DNA of 60,866 bases, counting the filler, from Sphacelaria rigidula (Eukaryota), in the NCBI GenBank assembly GCA_964200075.2. It is 8 parts of 8 records of this genome, joined end to end, with 100 filler letters (N's around TTAATTAATTAA, not from the genome) between each part and the next. Parts side by side here need not be neighbours in the genome. Positions count along the whole stretch, not along the records: positions 1 to 7,522 come from CAXNAA020014527.1; positions 7,623 to 15,143 come from CAXNAA020014528.1; 6 more parts are not named here. One strand, written 5' to 3'. Of the stretch, positions 1 through 10,548 are shown piece after piece; positions within the stretch are counted from its first letter, which is position 1, and the number at the start of each line of letters is the position of its first letter. The position numbers were made by a program, and so were the translations under genes. Under the pieces are notes generated by a model. It was not told the DNA's origin and did no database searches. It saw only the letters and a program-made list of their open reading frames with translations.

Positions 1-70
1 GGGGGCGGGGGGGGGAGGGGGCGGATTATGTATGGTGTTTGGTGGGTGAGGGGGGCGAGGGGGGGGGGGG

Positions 71-166
71 TACTCATGGCCATGCATGCCATAGTCAGAA
101 GACCATTGACCTCGCTTCCCTACAAGAGCCAGGACGGAGCACACCGGTTTTCGCCGGACCAGGCTC
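71..166 (-). mobile_element. 5'-truncated family B copy
   Basis: tactcatggccatgcatgccatagtc...gaccaggctc, flanked on both sides by G-runs. Confidence 0.8.
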
Positions 167-266
167 GGGGGGAGGGGACTCAACAAGGGCGAGAAACTTT
201 AAAAAAAGGGGAGCTTTAAGAAAAAACGAAAGGGATTTCGAATAATATAAACCACCAAAAACTCGC

Positions 267-371
267 CTGCAGCGTAACAACGCGCATGGCCACAGCAGGG
301 GATGCCCACGCCTTGTTCCACCACTTAGCCAGCCACTTCTTGCTTATGCCGGCCTCCATGAGGAGCAAGGC
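267..371 (-). CDS. Exon of the same gene (WHIM3-like C-terminal region); the gene continues beyond the window start
   Basis: Acceptor gtgacag|GCC. 105 nt = ALLLMEAGISKKWLAKWWNKAWASPAVAMRVVTLQ, continuing RELMQ in a 'W...V...P.EL..AL..LE..I...WL..WW' pattern. Ends at CAG|gcgagt (GC donor). Not in the ORF track. Confidence 0.75.
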
Positions 372-1131
372 CTGTCACGCATCACAGCAACACAGTAACG
401 CGCAGAGCATGGAAAGGGTTGGAACTCAATCGCGCGTGTTGTTCGCTGCAAAAACCGGACAACGTTTTCGGTGAGGCAACAAACCTCCTTCAAAATGCAC
501 AATGCCCCTCGGTGGATAAGGCCAGTCGAATGATCGTCCGGAATCGGAGCAACACGCGAGCAAAAGCACCGCAAATCAACACAACACGACACAACACTCA
601 TGATCGATCGATTGACTGGACTACTGTGTCTCACATAAACTCATCCGCTACGCATTCAGAGCCGGTGGGCTTCACACAAGATATACCACAAGTACTTGCA
701 TTACCCGCGGTATGCCAATCAACGAACCACTACGAGTACTGTAGTATTTTCGCACAATGGCAGTGTAGGTGACAATTTTCTTTGTAACAGTTTTTTTTTT
801 TTTCTTCTTTGTTTTTTTGGGGGGCTATCGTACAAAGTGTCCCAAAAGAGAACATGGTGAACGAGGATAGACGCTAGTGATAACCGTACGTACGGTCCCG
901 AGGAAATCTGTGTTCCAAAGGGTGTACCCGGAGGTGGGGTGTACTCATGATCATGCACGTAACATATTTTGAAACGTTTCCCGTAACGTGTAACGTATTT
1001 ATACGTTACACGTCACAAAATACGTTACCCGTCACAATAAACATTACACGCCACATTATTTCACGTTTGTGACGTCTGAATGAACGTCACGACCGTCACA
1101 CGCTCAACTTGTACCACAATTAGTGTGACTA

Positions 1132-1170
<39 letters not shown>

Positions 1171-1194
1171 ACTCGCATGATATGACACATGGGT

Positions 1195-1612
1195 TCAAAA
1201 AGAGATATACCAATAGTCGTGTGGAGGAGGAAGTAGATGCCCAGAACTGCCTCTATGGCAAAGCAATATACAGCAGAGGTCATGTAGTGGCAGAATGTGA
1301 AGTATACAAGGAGGAACGGGACGTGCTAGAGGGGGAAATGCGGGACGTGAATGAAGGTGGGATGAAATCGTCTGATGCAGTAGACAGTAGCGAGAAAACG
1401 ATGGTTATACTAGGAGATAGATGCTGGCCACAGACGGCGAAACAGGACGGGGACAGGATATGCAAAAGGTTTTTGTGAAATGTATGGAAGAAACATAGTG
1501 AGCGCTCAAACGTTAGAAGGTGTCTCCATTAGGAGCAGGAACGGTGCTCCGTCTCGAAAGGGATGCGTGGTCAATAGTCAAACGACTCAGGCAAGCAACA
1601 AATGAGAGCGGA
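1195..1612 (+). mobile_element. 3' end of LINE family A (intronic)
   Basis: 1210-1400 closely matches 60670-60866 and continues to ...ggtgctccgtctcgaaagggatgcgtggtcaatagtcaaacgactcaggcaagcaacaaatgag. Confidence 0.9.
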
Positions 1613-2157
1613 CTTCTTTGTTTCCCCACATTCTCACGCTTTCTACGGNNNNNNNNNNAAAGGGGGGGGGGGTCAAAAGAAAAAACACCCAGGAAAAAAA
1701 CAAAGAAATCCCCCCCCCCCCCCCCCCCCCCGGCCCGTATTGTAGGATGACTCCGGTATGATTCGGAAGGATATCGAGGTTTGTTTCAAACACACCGACA
1801 TGGCCCCGCAAGGGTATTTGCCGACAACATGTCTATATTTACTGCTGTTCAATACCCGGACTCTCAGCAGAAATAACCTACAAAACACAAACCTTAAAAT
1901 CAGCGAGAGGTTTCGGTGCCAGGGCATATGAGGTAAGGTAAGGAGGTCGTAGAAGAAGCAAAGAGCAAGCGCGTCACAACAAAAGGTGGCGATTCAGCTT
2001 ACCTGGAGTGTGCACACTCAGGCATCAACTCTTCGGTCACAGCTATTACACAAGGTAAACAGCACACACTCTTGCCACCAAAGCAAGCGTCGAACGCATC
2101 ATCGCGATAGTAGTTCGAATCACCAACCCTACAATTTCTGAGGCCTGATTCTTCTAA

Positions 2158-2628
2158 GGCCGCTCCTTATAACAGACAAGAATAGTAACCTGGAAAAGTA
2201 CTTTTTTGGAGCTTCTACGTCGTTTCACGCCCTAAAAGAGAGCTACGCAGAGTTTGACACCATGCAATGACTTGCTCTACTCGTTGAGGCGGTTCCGGGA
2301 CATGTGCCCGTCCCCCGGTGGCCGCATTTTTTCAAAATTTGGCCGAACAAGATTTTTTGTTCAAGAACGGTCGAAAACAGTCAACTCTAGAAACAAATGT
2401 CACTTGACTCTGGACTTGACCATTCTTGGACAAAAATTCTTGTTTGACCAAAATATAAATTGCGCCACCAGAAAACGGGAACATGTCCTGGAACCGCCTC
2501 AACGAGTACAGCAAGTCATTGCAAGGTGTCACGCTCCGCCCAGCTCTCTTTACGGGCGTAAAACGACGTAGAAGCTCCAAAAAAGCACTTTTCCAGGTTA
2601 CTATTCTTGTCTGTTACGAGGAGCGGCC
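2158..2628. mobile_element. Fold-back MITE (471 bp, almost entirely palindromic), intronic
   Basis: GGCCGCTCCTTATAACAGACAAGAATAGTAACCTGG...CCAGGTTACTATTCTTGTCTGTTACGAGGAGCGGCC, arms ~220 bp. No clean TSD. Confidence 0.88.
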
Positions 2629-3328
2629 CAGAGACAGAGGGAAAAAAAAAGTCCAGTTTGGGTGAGAAAAAAGTCTTCACAACATCCTTGCGCACTATTT
2701 TACATGTGCGTGGGGGTACGCGTGCCTGGGGTACAGTACAACGTTGAAAACAAAGCCGAAGGATTGATTGGTACGGTGCGAATCAATTACAACAAAAGGA
2801 AGCGATCTTCAGACGAAACATCACTCGTCGATCCTTGCACATGCCGATATATGCACAAATCATGACATATCATCCATGAATCACATCAACCCAAAGTGTT
2901 TGTGGCATGATCTTCCAATCTTGTTCTCAAAAATGATGCTTGATGCGATATGTACACATGTATATCCGTGTGGTGTATCAATATCGTGATAAAGCGCCTC
3001 GCTCGCGCAGTACTTGATTTATTCAAAATAAACTTCCCAATGTAGTATCATCCTATCGACGGTGTACCAACGCCTGGAATTCCTCCACCTACGCAGTCAT
3101 CAGTGCCAGCAGCTTGTGGGTAGTTTCGTGTGCAGTAGTGCCCATATACATACTGTCATTCCACATGTCGACACTGTGGTGAACGGTATGTTCCTTCGTA
3201 ACCACTCTTGACTGTACATCAAAAGCAGATCAACTCAATGCTGGTGCCTTATACCCACACATCTCAACGACAATGCACCGACAACCCACCAAGCGAATCG
3301 GAGCGGAAATACCCCCCGCCTCTTTCAC

Positions 3329-3539
3329 CTGCATGAGCTCTCTGGGGCCGATCGCCGAGCGAACAAACGTCCTCCAAGATGGATACGACACTCGTCGCCA
3401 CTGGCCCTTTCGCCAGGCCGTTCCCGGCACAGCCTCGGCAATCTTCAACACAGCCCCTTTCAAACCCTGGATGTCAGCCTTGCCTTCCTTGGTCAGCGCC
3501 TCTGCCTCTTTCACCAGAGCGGCGACCGCTGCTCTATTC
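3329..3539 (-). CDS. Exon of the same gene (start of WHIM3-like region)
   Basis: Acceptor poly-T-ag|G, donor CAG|gtgaaa. 211 nt, phase 2 in and 0 out. Encodes ...AWRKGQWRRVSYPSWRTFVRSAIGPRELMQ. Confidence 0.85.
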
Positions 3540-3597
3540 CTAAAAAAAAAAACGGGATAGCGTAAGGTTGGTGTTGGTGTAATGTGTGTGTGCGTGT

Positions 3598-3792
3598 ATT
3601 TCGCCGGCCCAGGCTCGCAATCAGTCACCAAGCGCGAGGCGCCGTGATGCGTTTTGCGAGTCGCATGAGTGGCGAGATGCATCCTGCCAAGATTGTTCGG
3701 TCCGAAGCGTACTGAATATCTTGCATGTGGTGGATGACAGCCTACAATGAGTTGCTTCATTTTGTGGTATCGCCACTTCCAGAAACAGCCAT
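3598..3792 (-). mobile_element. Internal family B fragment (intronic)
   Basis: Reverse complement of 9490-9690; abuts a G7 run at its 5' truncation. Confidence 0.75.
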
Positions 3793-3889
3793 GGGGGGGA
3801 TGGATGTCACCGTTAACTACAACAGTCAAAGCCACAAAGCCACAGAGGAGGCATGCTTGGAGTCAACTATCATTGCGTTAAAAAAATAC

Positions 3890-4119
3890 CTGCCGTCGAC
3901 GCCCCCCTCCGATACGGGAACCTTGTTGCGCTTACTGAACGCCGCCGAGAACAAGTAGTCCCCCGGAGAAGGACCTAACGAGCTGCCCGTGGCGTTGGGG
4001 TTCTTCCGCACGGTGGCCAACAGGACGCACGAACCCAGACACACCTCGCATTGTTCAGTCTTGGGGCCTCGGATACAGCAATCCATCTCGAGGTGCCACG
4101 GTGTAGGTGGAGGTGGTGG
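3890..4119 (-). CDS. Exon of the same WSD/WHIM gene
   Basis: Acceptor tgactgatcatgatccag|CCA, donor GGCAG|gtattt. 230 nt, phase 0 in and 2 out, matching both neighbours. Encodes PPPPPTPWHLEMDCC...SEGGVDG. The 5' boundary is less certain. Confidence 0.7.
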
Positions 4120-4217
4120 CTGGATCATGATCAGTCACGAGGAATCATCGACAGCGCGGATGGCATTTTTGCGGGAGGTTTATTCCAAAAGGAAAAAAAA
4201 AAAATGGGGGGAGGGGG

Positions 4218-4252
4218 TACTCATGATTTTGCATGCCGTAGTCGTGTGGCAT
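4218..4252 (-). mobile_element. Very short family B 3' end within an intron
   Basis: Flanked by TG6AG5 and TG4AAG6. Confidence 0.7.
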
Positions 4253-4516
4253 TGGGGAAGGGGGGACCGCAGTATAACCACACCAAGCAAAACAAGCATG
4301 TGTCAAGACTTATTTATTCCCGCACTCGGTCTAACCTGAGGGGAAGAAGAGAAGAAAATGAAACGCACAGCCTCCGTACACTATTTTCGACGGTTAAGAA
4401 CACTCGCAGGTTTGACCTCGACAAGAAAAAAAAACCCGAATGTCATCAAGTCCAATTTGCTCTTCGCAAGCAAATAAAATATCAAGCGCGCCAAACTCGA
4501 AAATAGAGATGATTAC

Positions 4517-4837
4517 CTTGACTGGTCTAGCCTGGAACAACCTGGACCAAACAGCCGCCTGGTCGCCGCTGGCGTTTTTCCCGCCGCCTTCCTCCGTCTT
4601 TCCTGATTGGCTACCCTCCCCCTCCATCGGTTCTGATTGATTTTCACCCGCCTCCCCCTCGTCTTTCCCGGATTGGCTGCCGCCGCTGCCACCGCCGCCG
4701 CCGCTGCCCGCGCCACTGCTTTCGGTATTATTCGACACCTCGACAGGCTCCTCAACGAGCAGGAACCGGAAATTGCTCTCCATTTCCTTGGCAAGGCGTT
4801 TTTCGCTTCGCAGCGGACTGGAGAACAACACATTTGC
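4517..4837 (-). CDS. Exon of the same WSD/WHIM gene
   Basis: Acceptor ctctcag|GCA, donor AAG|gtaatc. 321 nt, phase 0-0. Joins EVEHL to ANVLFSSPLRSEKRLAKEM, completing a WSD D-TOX-like 'W...L...L...(R/S)E..L' motif. Confidence 0.85.
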
Positions 4838-5119
4838 CTGAGAGTCAACACGAAACGACAACCACGCGGAGAAAACATGGGGGATGGAGAAGGAGTGACG
4901 GCAAGGGGTGACCAGGAGGAAACAAATCAGAGGTTAAAGGACGTCGGTGGTTGCACGAGGGACCGGTAAGGGCACATTGCCTCTCCCTGGGATAAATGGC
5001 ATAGCAGAAAACTGTCATACCAAACCCTTGTTCCCGCGATTGGAAATATCTAACCTTCACCTCTCGGGCATACACGTCAGGAAACACATTTTCAAACTGT
5101 CACTTTGTGTTTAGCTTAC

Positions 5120-6828
5120 CAGATGCTCAACCTCTCGACCGCGGAACACCTCCCACTCGCCCCCTGCTGCTCGCGCACGCTCTCGGGCCGCCGCTGCATC
5201 AGCCGCCGCCGCGGCTGCCGCGGCTGCAGCGGCTGTCGCCGCCGCTGCGGCATCCTCTTTGCTCTCTTCAGGTGCCGCTTCGCCCCCTTGTACAGTGGCG
5301 CCAACTGCCGCTTCCGACTTGTCCGCAGGGCTGCTGGCCGTAGCAGCCACAGCATCGCCATCATCCTTCTTCGGATCATCGGCGCCTGATGATTTCGCTG
5401 CATCCATCGCCGTCACGGGGTCGCTCACCTTCTTTCCGGTGGCGGCAACAGCCGCTTGGGTGTCACCACCGCCACCAACACAACTGCTACTTTCGCTACT
5501 CGCGACGGCTTTACCAGCTTTAGCACCACTACAAGCAGCAGCAGCTTTACCACCACCACCACCAACACCAACACCGTAACCAGCAGTTGACTTGGAAGGA
5601 GGACCACTAGCAGAAGGTTTCGGAGAAACAACTCCCTGTGAAGCCAGCGTCGGCGTATGACCAACGCCGCCGCCGCCGTCGCCGCTGCCATGGCTGTCAC
5701 CGGCACCGCCAGTTCTAGCAGCGCCAAGCGGCACCGGAGCGGCGCCGACGTAAACTGCCGAGGGGTCCCCTCGGAAGAACATGTACACTCGCCCGTCGCG
5801 GTCGACTCCCAGGGGTCGACTTGAAGGTGCCAGCTTCCGGCCCCTCGTGCGGAGCTCACGCGCCCGGAGTGCCGCCTCGGACCGCCGGTACTCGCGCCGT
5901 TCTTTCGCCGTCATCACGCTCTCTGCCGAAGCTTCCTCTTTCGCCGGAATCGCCGCCGATGCGGCCGTCGCAGGGGGTTCCGCCGGTGGCGGAGACCCCC
6001 GGCCACCAGGCGTAGGGGTGGCGCCGCTAGTACTGTCACCACCACCACCGGCTGCTGCATCGGCCGCGTCGGCTGCTTCTTCCGCGGCTGCTGCAGCAGC
6101 GGCTGCCAAAACCTCTCCGACAGTTTTCTTAGAGTCTCTCCCCGTTGGTGTAAAAAACGCGGTCGGGGAACGCACACGCCGGGTCCTCGACTGCCACATC
6201 CCGGCCTTTGCCGGGGTTGAGGCCGCCGCGGCGGCAGCGGCCGCCGCTGCCGCCTTCGAAGGACGACGATTGCGGCGTCCTCGTCCTCGTGCACCGTCAC
6301 CGCTAGCCGTTTCTGCGGCAGGCTCTTCTTCATCATTGCCATCGCCGTCAGCTTCTTGAGCACTGGCGCCATCGACGGCACCGCCATTGCTCTCGGAGCG
6401 GCTGCGGCGTTCCTCCTCGTCATCAACCCCTTCGTCTTCCTCCTCCTCCTTTTCCTCCTCCGCGCTGTCTTGCGTATCCATAGCATCGTCATCATCTGCC
6501 GCATCGGGCACACCGACCGCAGAATCCCCGGCGTCCGAAGCGCCGCTTCCGCCACCCGTGCGCCTTTTGCTGCTGCCGCTGCCGCTGTTCTTCTCTCCTG
6601 GTGAGAAGGGGCTCTTTTCTTTCCTTGCGCGCTTGGATCTTCTTGTTGCGTGATCCTCTTCTTCCACCACGTTATCTTGCGCCACCTCCTCTTGGAGTGC
6701 TTCCTGAGGGGGGGTAGCGGGCGCATCACTTGGTGCCACGGCCTCGACTTCCATCTCGGCTGCCGCTTCTTCGTCCGCACTGATGCTACCACTATTGCTG
6801 CCGTAGCCATTGCGGTTGACTTTGCCAG
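5120..6828 (-). CDS. Large internal exon of a DDT/WSD(WHIM2)/WHIM3-type chromatin protein (BAZ/ACF1/RLT/MBD9-like architecture)
   Basis: Lies in the 580-aa ORF. Acceptor aacag|ct at 6829-6830, donor CTG|gtaagc at 5119. Length 1709 nt (phase 1 in, phase 0 out). Encodes RPLGVDRDGRVYMFF (WHIM2/WSD 'PLGxDRxxRxY' motif) and GEWEVFRGREVEHL within acidic and Ala/Gly-rich low-complexity sequence. Upstream exons were not found in this scaffold. Confidence 0.85.
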
Positions 6829-7224
6829 CTGTTCGTTGACACCGTACACACACAAGTAATAAATAAAACAGAAATAGAGTTTGCAGAAAATATATAACAT
6901 ACAGCTGGTTTCAAAAAGTATACACGCGTAGTGATCTGTCTTTGACGACCTGACTGATAAATACTACATGCACGGTAGCACACTGGCGGCTGTGTGCAGC
7001 TAATCACGTGGCGTGCGTGAACCGTTTAGTTTTTTTTCGATCAAACACCCGGAGCCATGCCGCAGGCACCCACTATTTCCAGTTTTATTCCGTCTTCCGA
7101 CACCATTACATCGGGACCGGCGTTTCACCGTCACATATACATATATATATATATGATTTTTTATATATTTCTTCCCCTTCCCTTCTCTGCTCGGCTTTAT
7201 TCCTGTTCTTCAGTTTCCCGCCTC

Positions 7225-7450
7225 GCCCCTGTGGCCTAATGGTACAACGGATACCGTTCGGGAAATAAAAGCGCGGATTCGACTCCCCTCAGATGCGTCT
7301 AGTTTGGCTCTTCTCCTCTGAAATATTTGATCTTCGTCGTTGAAAACGCGAGAACGTGTGAGGAGGAAAGAAATTCATGTTAGATGGGGTGTGTTGGTAA
7401 GACCATAGCCGACGCGGCGCGGGAGAACTGATCTAATCCGCGATACCAAA
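7225..7450 (+). mobile_element. Second tRNA-derived SINE family (or tRNA pseudogene plus tail)
   Basis: gcccctgtggcctaatgg (A-box 7232-7242) and ggattcgactcc (B-box 7275-7286), with no intact cloverleaf. 3' end approximate. Confidence 0.55.
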
Positions 7451-7522
7451 ATGTAAGGCATGTGTCCGGGGGGTACTCATGATCATGCATGCCATACTCA
7501 TAAGACCATAGACCTCGCATCC

Positions 7523-7622
7523 NNNNNNNNNNNNNNNNNNNNNNNNNNNNNNNNNNNNNNNNNNNNTTAATTAATTAANNNNNNNNNNNNNNNNNNNNNN
7601 NNNNNNNNNNNNNNNNNNNNNN
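7523..7622. other. Artificial scaffold linker
   Basis: N44-TTAATTAATTAA-N44 (stop codons in all six frames). Confidence 0.98.
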
Positions 7623-7698
7623 GTTGATCCCTTGAGACCACGGACTCGTCCCGAGGAAGGGGAGGGGTTCAAAGTGTGAGGGAAAAAAAAGAATATAT

Positions 7699-7730
<32 letters not shown>

Positions 7731-9262
7731 AGGGTTATGGAGCTGGGCATCGAAACCGATATGTATTTCCTATCGGATGATACAATATATACATCATATA
7801 TCGGGAACTCGGCAAGGTGTTTCGACCAATATATTCAAGGAGGGATGTCGCACAGAGCAGGAGGACAAAATGAAACGCCTCAGAGCTCAAAACAATAACG
7901 ACAGTAGTACCAGACAACCGGCACGCAAAAGTCTGTAGCATCCTATGTCTGCCGTCTCCCGTCTGTCAACAGCTGAAGATGTTTGAAATCTGAATTTGGA
8001 AGCCAATCACTAGGTATGCTATCTGCGATCAGCTTGTGCTTTCTAATTCGGGTACAGACTCTTGGTCTTTCTTGTCGGGCATCCCTAGATCTTGCGTGTT
8101 ATTCGTTGCGGCTGATGTTTGAATCAGGGGGCTAGGTTGAATTTTCCCTGTTTGCATACGTGTTGCTAGTCGGTTTGTTCCAGGTTCATTTTATACTCCA
8201 TGATTGGTGATGACGTTGTATATACCCATGCCGCTCCCAGTGGCCTTCAAATGCGCACATTTTGCGCTGAACGGGGTATCAACATTGATTCATTGACACA
8301 TGCCGTCCACTTTACCCCGGTGGTTCAGTTGGTGACGTCTTAGACCTTCTGACCGCAAGGCTGACAGCTTGATCCTCAGCGAATGTGTGTGTCATTCGGC
8401 GTGTTTTGCCTAGTACAGGAGAAATGACGCGCTTGGTGTAAGAACAACAACGAAAGGGACTGCTGAACCCCCTGAGCGTGAAAACGTGAAGTGCAAATAT
8501 TGCAGAGAATTTCCTCAAGGTGAACCTGAATCGGCGCTCGCCAGTTGAATAAAACGGAGCGACGGTGACAAATGGGATGCAAGGGTGCGCCTGAAAACAC
8601 TTGGACTCCCATAACTCTGGACGGGCCAAATTTTCCTTCCCCTACTTAGTTGAAGATCACATTCCTTGGCTCATCGGGCTCATCAGCTGTAAAATCAGGT
8701 CTCTTGCCTACCCTACTCTTCGGTCAAGTAACTCACCTCAGGTGTTCTAAAATCAAATGAATTCGGTTGCCCATACTCAGTTCCAGAATTTTTACTCACT
8801 CTTAGGTCAAATAACCTGCCTCAGCTAGTCTGATATCACGAGACTTGGTCCAATGAATATACTCAGTTCAAGTGGAATCCTTCGGCTCGTCTAATATCAT
8901 GTGAAATCGGTAACCCATACCAATTGTGAATATATTTTAATCTTAGATTAAATGAAAAGTTTTGTACATGAACTACTGTGGGAATACGTTTATTCAAAGA
9001 TGAGTATTTTGTGGTATCGCCACTTCCAGAGACAGCCACGGCTCTTACACTGCCTCATGGGTGTCTAACCGCTAGTCTAACCCTCGAAGGGGGAGGTGGG
9101 GGGGGGAATCCATGCGACTCGCCGAACACACCACGGCGCTTCGCGCTTGGTGGTTTGAGTGCAAGCCTGGTCCGGCGAAAACTCGNNNNNNNNNNGGTGC
9201 TTGTGGGCAGCACGCGGTAGCACGCCTGGGCAAGAGACAGCCCCCCCCCCCCCCCCCCCCCC

Positions 9263-9770
9263 TTCGAGGGTTGGCGTCAGTCGACAACGACGCTGTGCAA
9301 CACGCCTCTCACGGCGTCAGCTAGGCAACTAGGGTACTGGTTTTTTGCCCTTGTGCTTTTCGTTGCGGTAAGCATGATGGTAGTCGAGCTAGATCAATTT
9401 GTGCGGGTGGGAGGACCTCAATTCTGCGTGAAGGAGATGATCATACTACGTAGAGTTAGGATGGTTGAGACACCCATGAGGCAGTGTGGAAGCTGTGGCT
9501 GTCTCTAGGAGTGGCGATGCCAGAAAATGAAGCAACTCATCGGGAGCTGTCATCCATATCCCAAGATAACTGGTGCGCTTCGGGTCGAACAATCTTAGCA
9601 AGATGCAGCTCACCCTTCATGCCACTTGCCGAACGCATCGCGGCGCTTCGCGCTCGGTGATTGATTGCGAGCCTGGTCCGGCGAAACCCCGGCATGCTCA
9701 GTCCCAGCTTTGTAGGGATGCAAGGCCAATGATGAAATGACTACGGTATGCAAGATCACGTGTACACCCT
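9263..9770 (+). mobile_element. Probable full-length copy of an abundant non-coding retroposon (family B, ~510 bp) with a LINE-like 3' tail
   Basis: Preceded by C22 (9241-9262) and ends ...cacgtgtacaccctgacccc. Its internal and 3' sequence matches fragments at 71-166, 940-957, 3598-3792, 4218-4252, 7473-7522, 8998-9088, 9110-9185, 22865-22917, 45510-45626 and 53412-53488. Confidence 0.7.
9269..9366 (+). ncRNA. HDV-like ribozyme fold (degenerate) at the 5' end of the family B element
   Basis: P1 GGUUGGC(9269-75)/GUCAGCU(9316-22) with a first G-U wobble. P3 GCC/GGC around loop UCUCAC. P1.1 C9308,U9309 with A9323,G9324, followed by GCAAC. P4 AGGGUA/UGCCCU. Candidate catalytic C9356. P2 GCAAC/GUUGC. 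L3 is short and J4/2 lacks the usual adenines. Confidence 0.5.
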
Positions 9771-10344
9771 GACCCCCACGTCCCCGTCGGGTCCCGCAAT
9801 AGGAGAAAAAAACGTTGCGTGAGCCCAAGAATTGTTTTCGTGCATCGTTTGCGCTAGAGGTAGCGTTTTGTTTCAAGTGCATCCGATGTATAGACCTTTA
9901 AGCCCACAAACATGGCTGATCAACACCAGCCTGTTGGTGTTGTTTGTTGCATGGGAAATGAAGCTCAAGTGCTCGAATTTTGAATCTATGGCTCAGGAGG
10001 TGCTTCCAGCCGGGCAATCTCGCCAGCGCGGAGGGGGGCAATTAGGTCTCGCTCAGCGTACTCCGTCCGCTTCGTTCTTTAGTCCGGCGCGCCCGCCTTG
10101 CTGCGCTACACTCATATTTTTCAATGTATCGACTTTGTAAATATACGATACACACTCTTTTTTCTCCCCCCATCATTTCATTGTATTTTGTTTTATTTGC
10201 TCTGTATTTTCCTCTTTTTTTATTTTTTTATTATTTTAGGTCGGCCATTTCTTTCTGTGCTTGGCTTGTGTTGACTATTTTTATCACCTTTCTTGTTACG
10301 ACTTAGTCTGCTATGTCGTTCTGTTCGACCCCTTTTTCTTTATT

Positions 10345-10465
10345 GTTCTGTTCCTTCTTTTTCTCAGAGTGTTTCGGTTTCGTTTTTCTTGGATACGTCT
10401 ATCATGAGCCCACGGCTGGACCCTTGGGGGGTCAGTTAAAGTGTGACAATCAAATTAAAAAAAAA
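10345..10465 (+). repeat. Retroposon-like 3' end, also at 54985-55102
   Basis: Shared gagtgttt..gtttttcttgg.tac.tctatcatg..ccacggctggacc..tggggggtc, followed by an A-rich tail. Confidence 0.6.
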
Positions 10466-10548
10466 CAGTTGGAAGCAGCCAGTGGGGATCAGTCTGAAAC
10501 GATCACCGCCCCACCGAACTCAGCAAAAGATCGCTCATTCCCTCCCCT

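Noticed and set aside
2003-2043. Possible extra 40-nt exon (ag...CAG|gtaagc) in the WSD gene intron
   Set aside because: It has an in-frame stop and shifts the frame, and the protein motif is continuous without it. A poison exon cannot be supported without RNA data.
5914-6900. Overlapping alternative-frame and antisense ORFs (328, 192 and 144 aa)
   Set aside because: Shadow frames of the GC-rich low-complexity exon.
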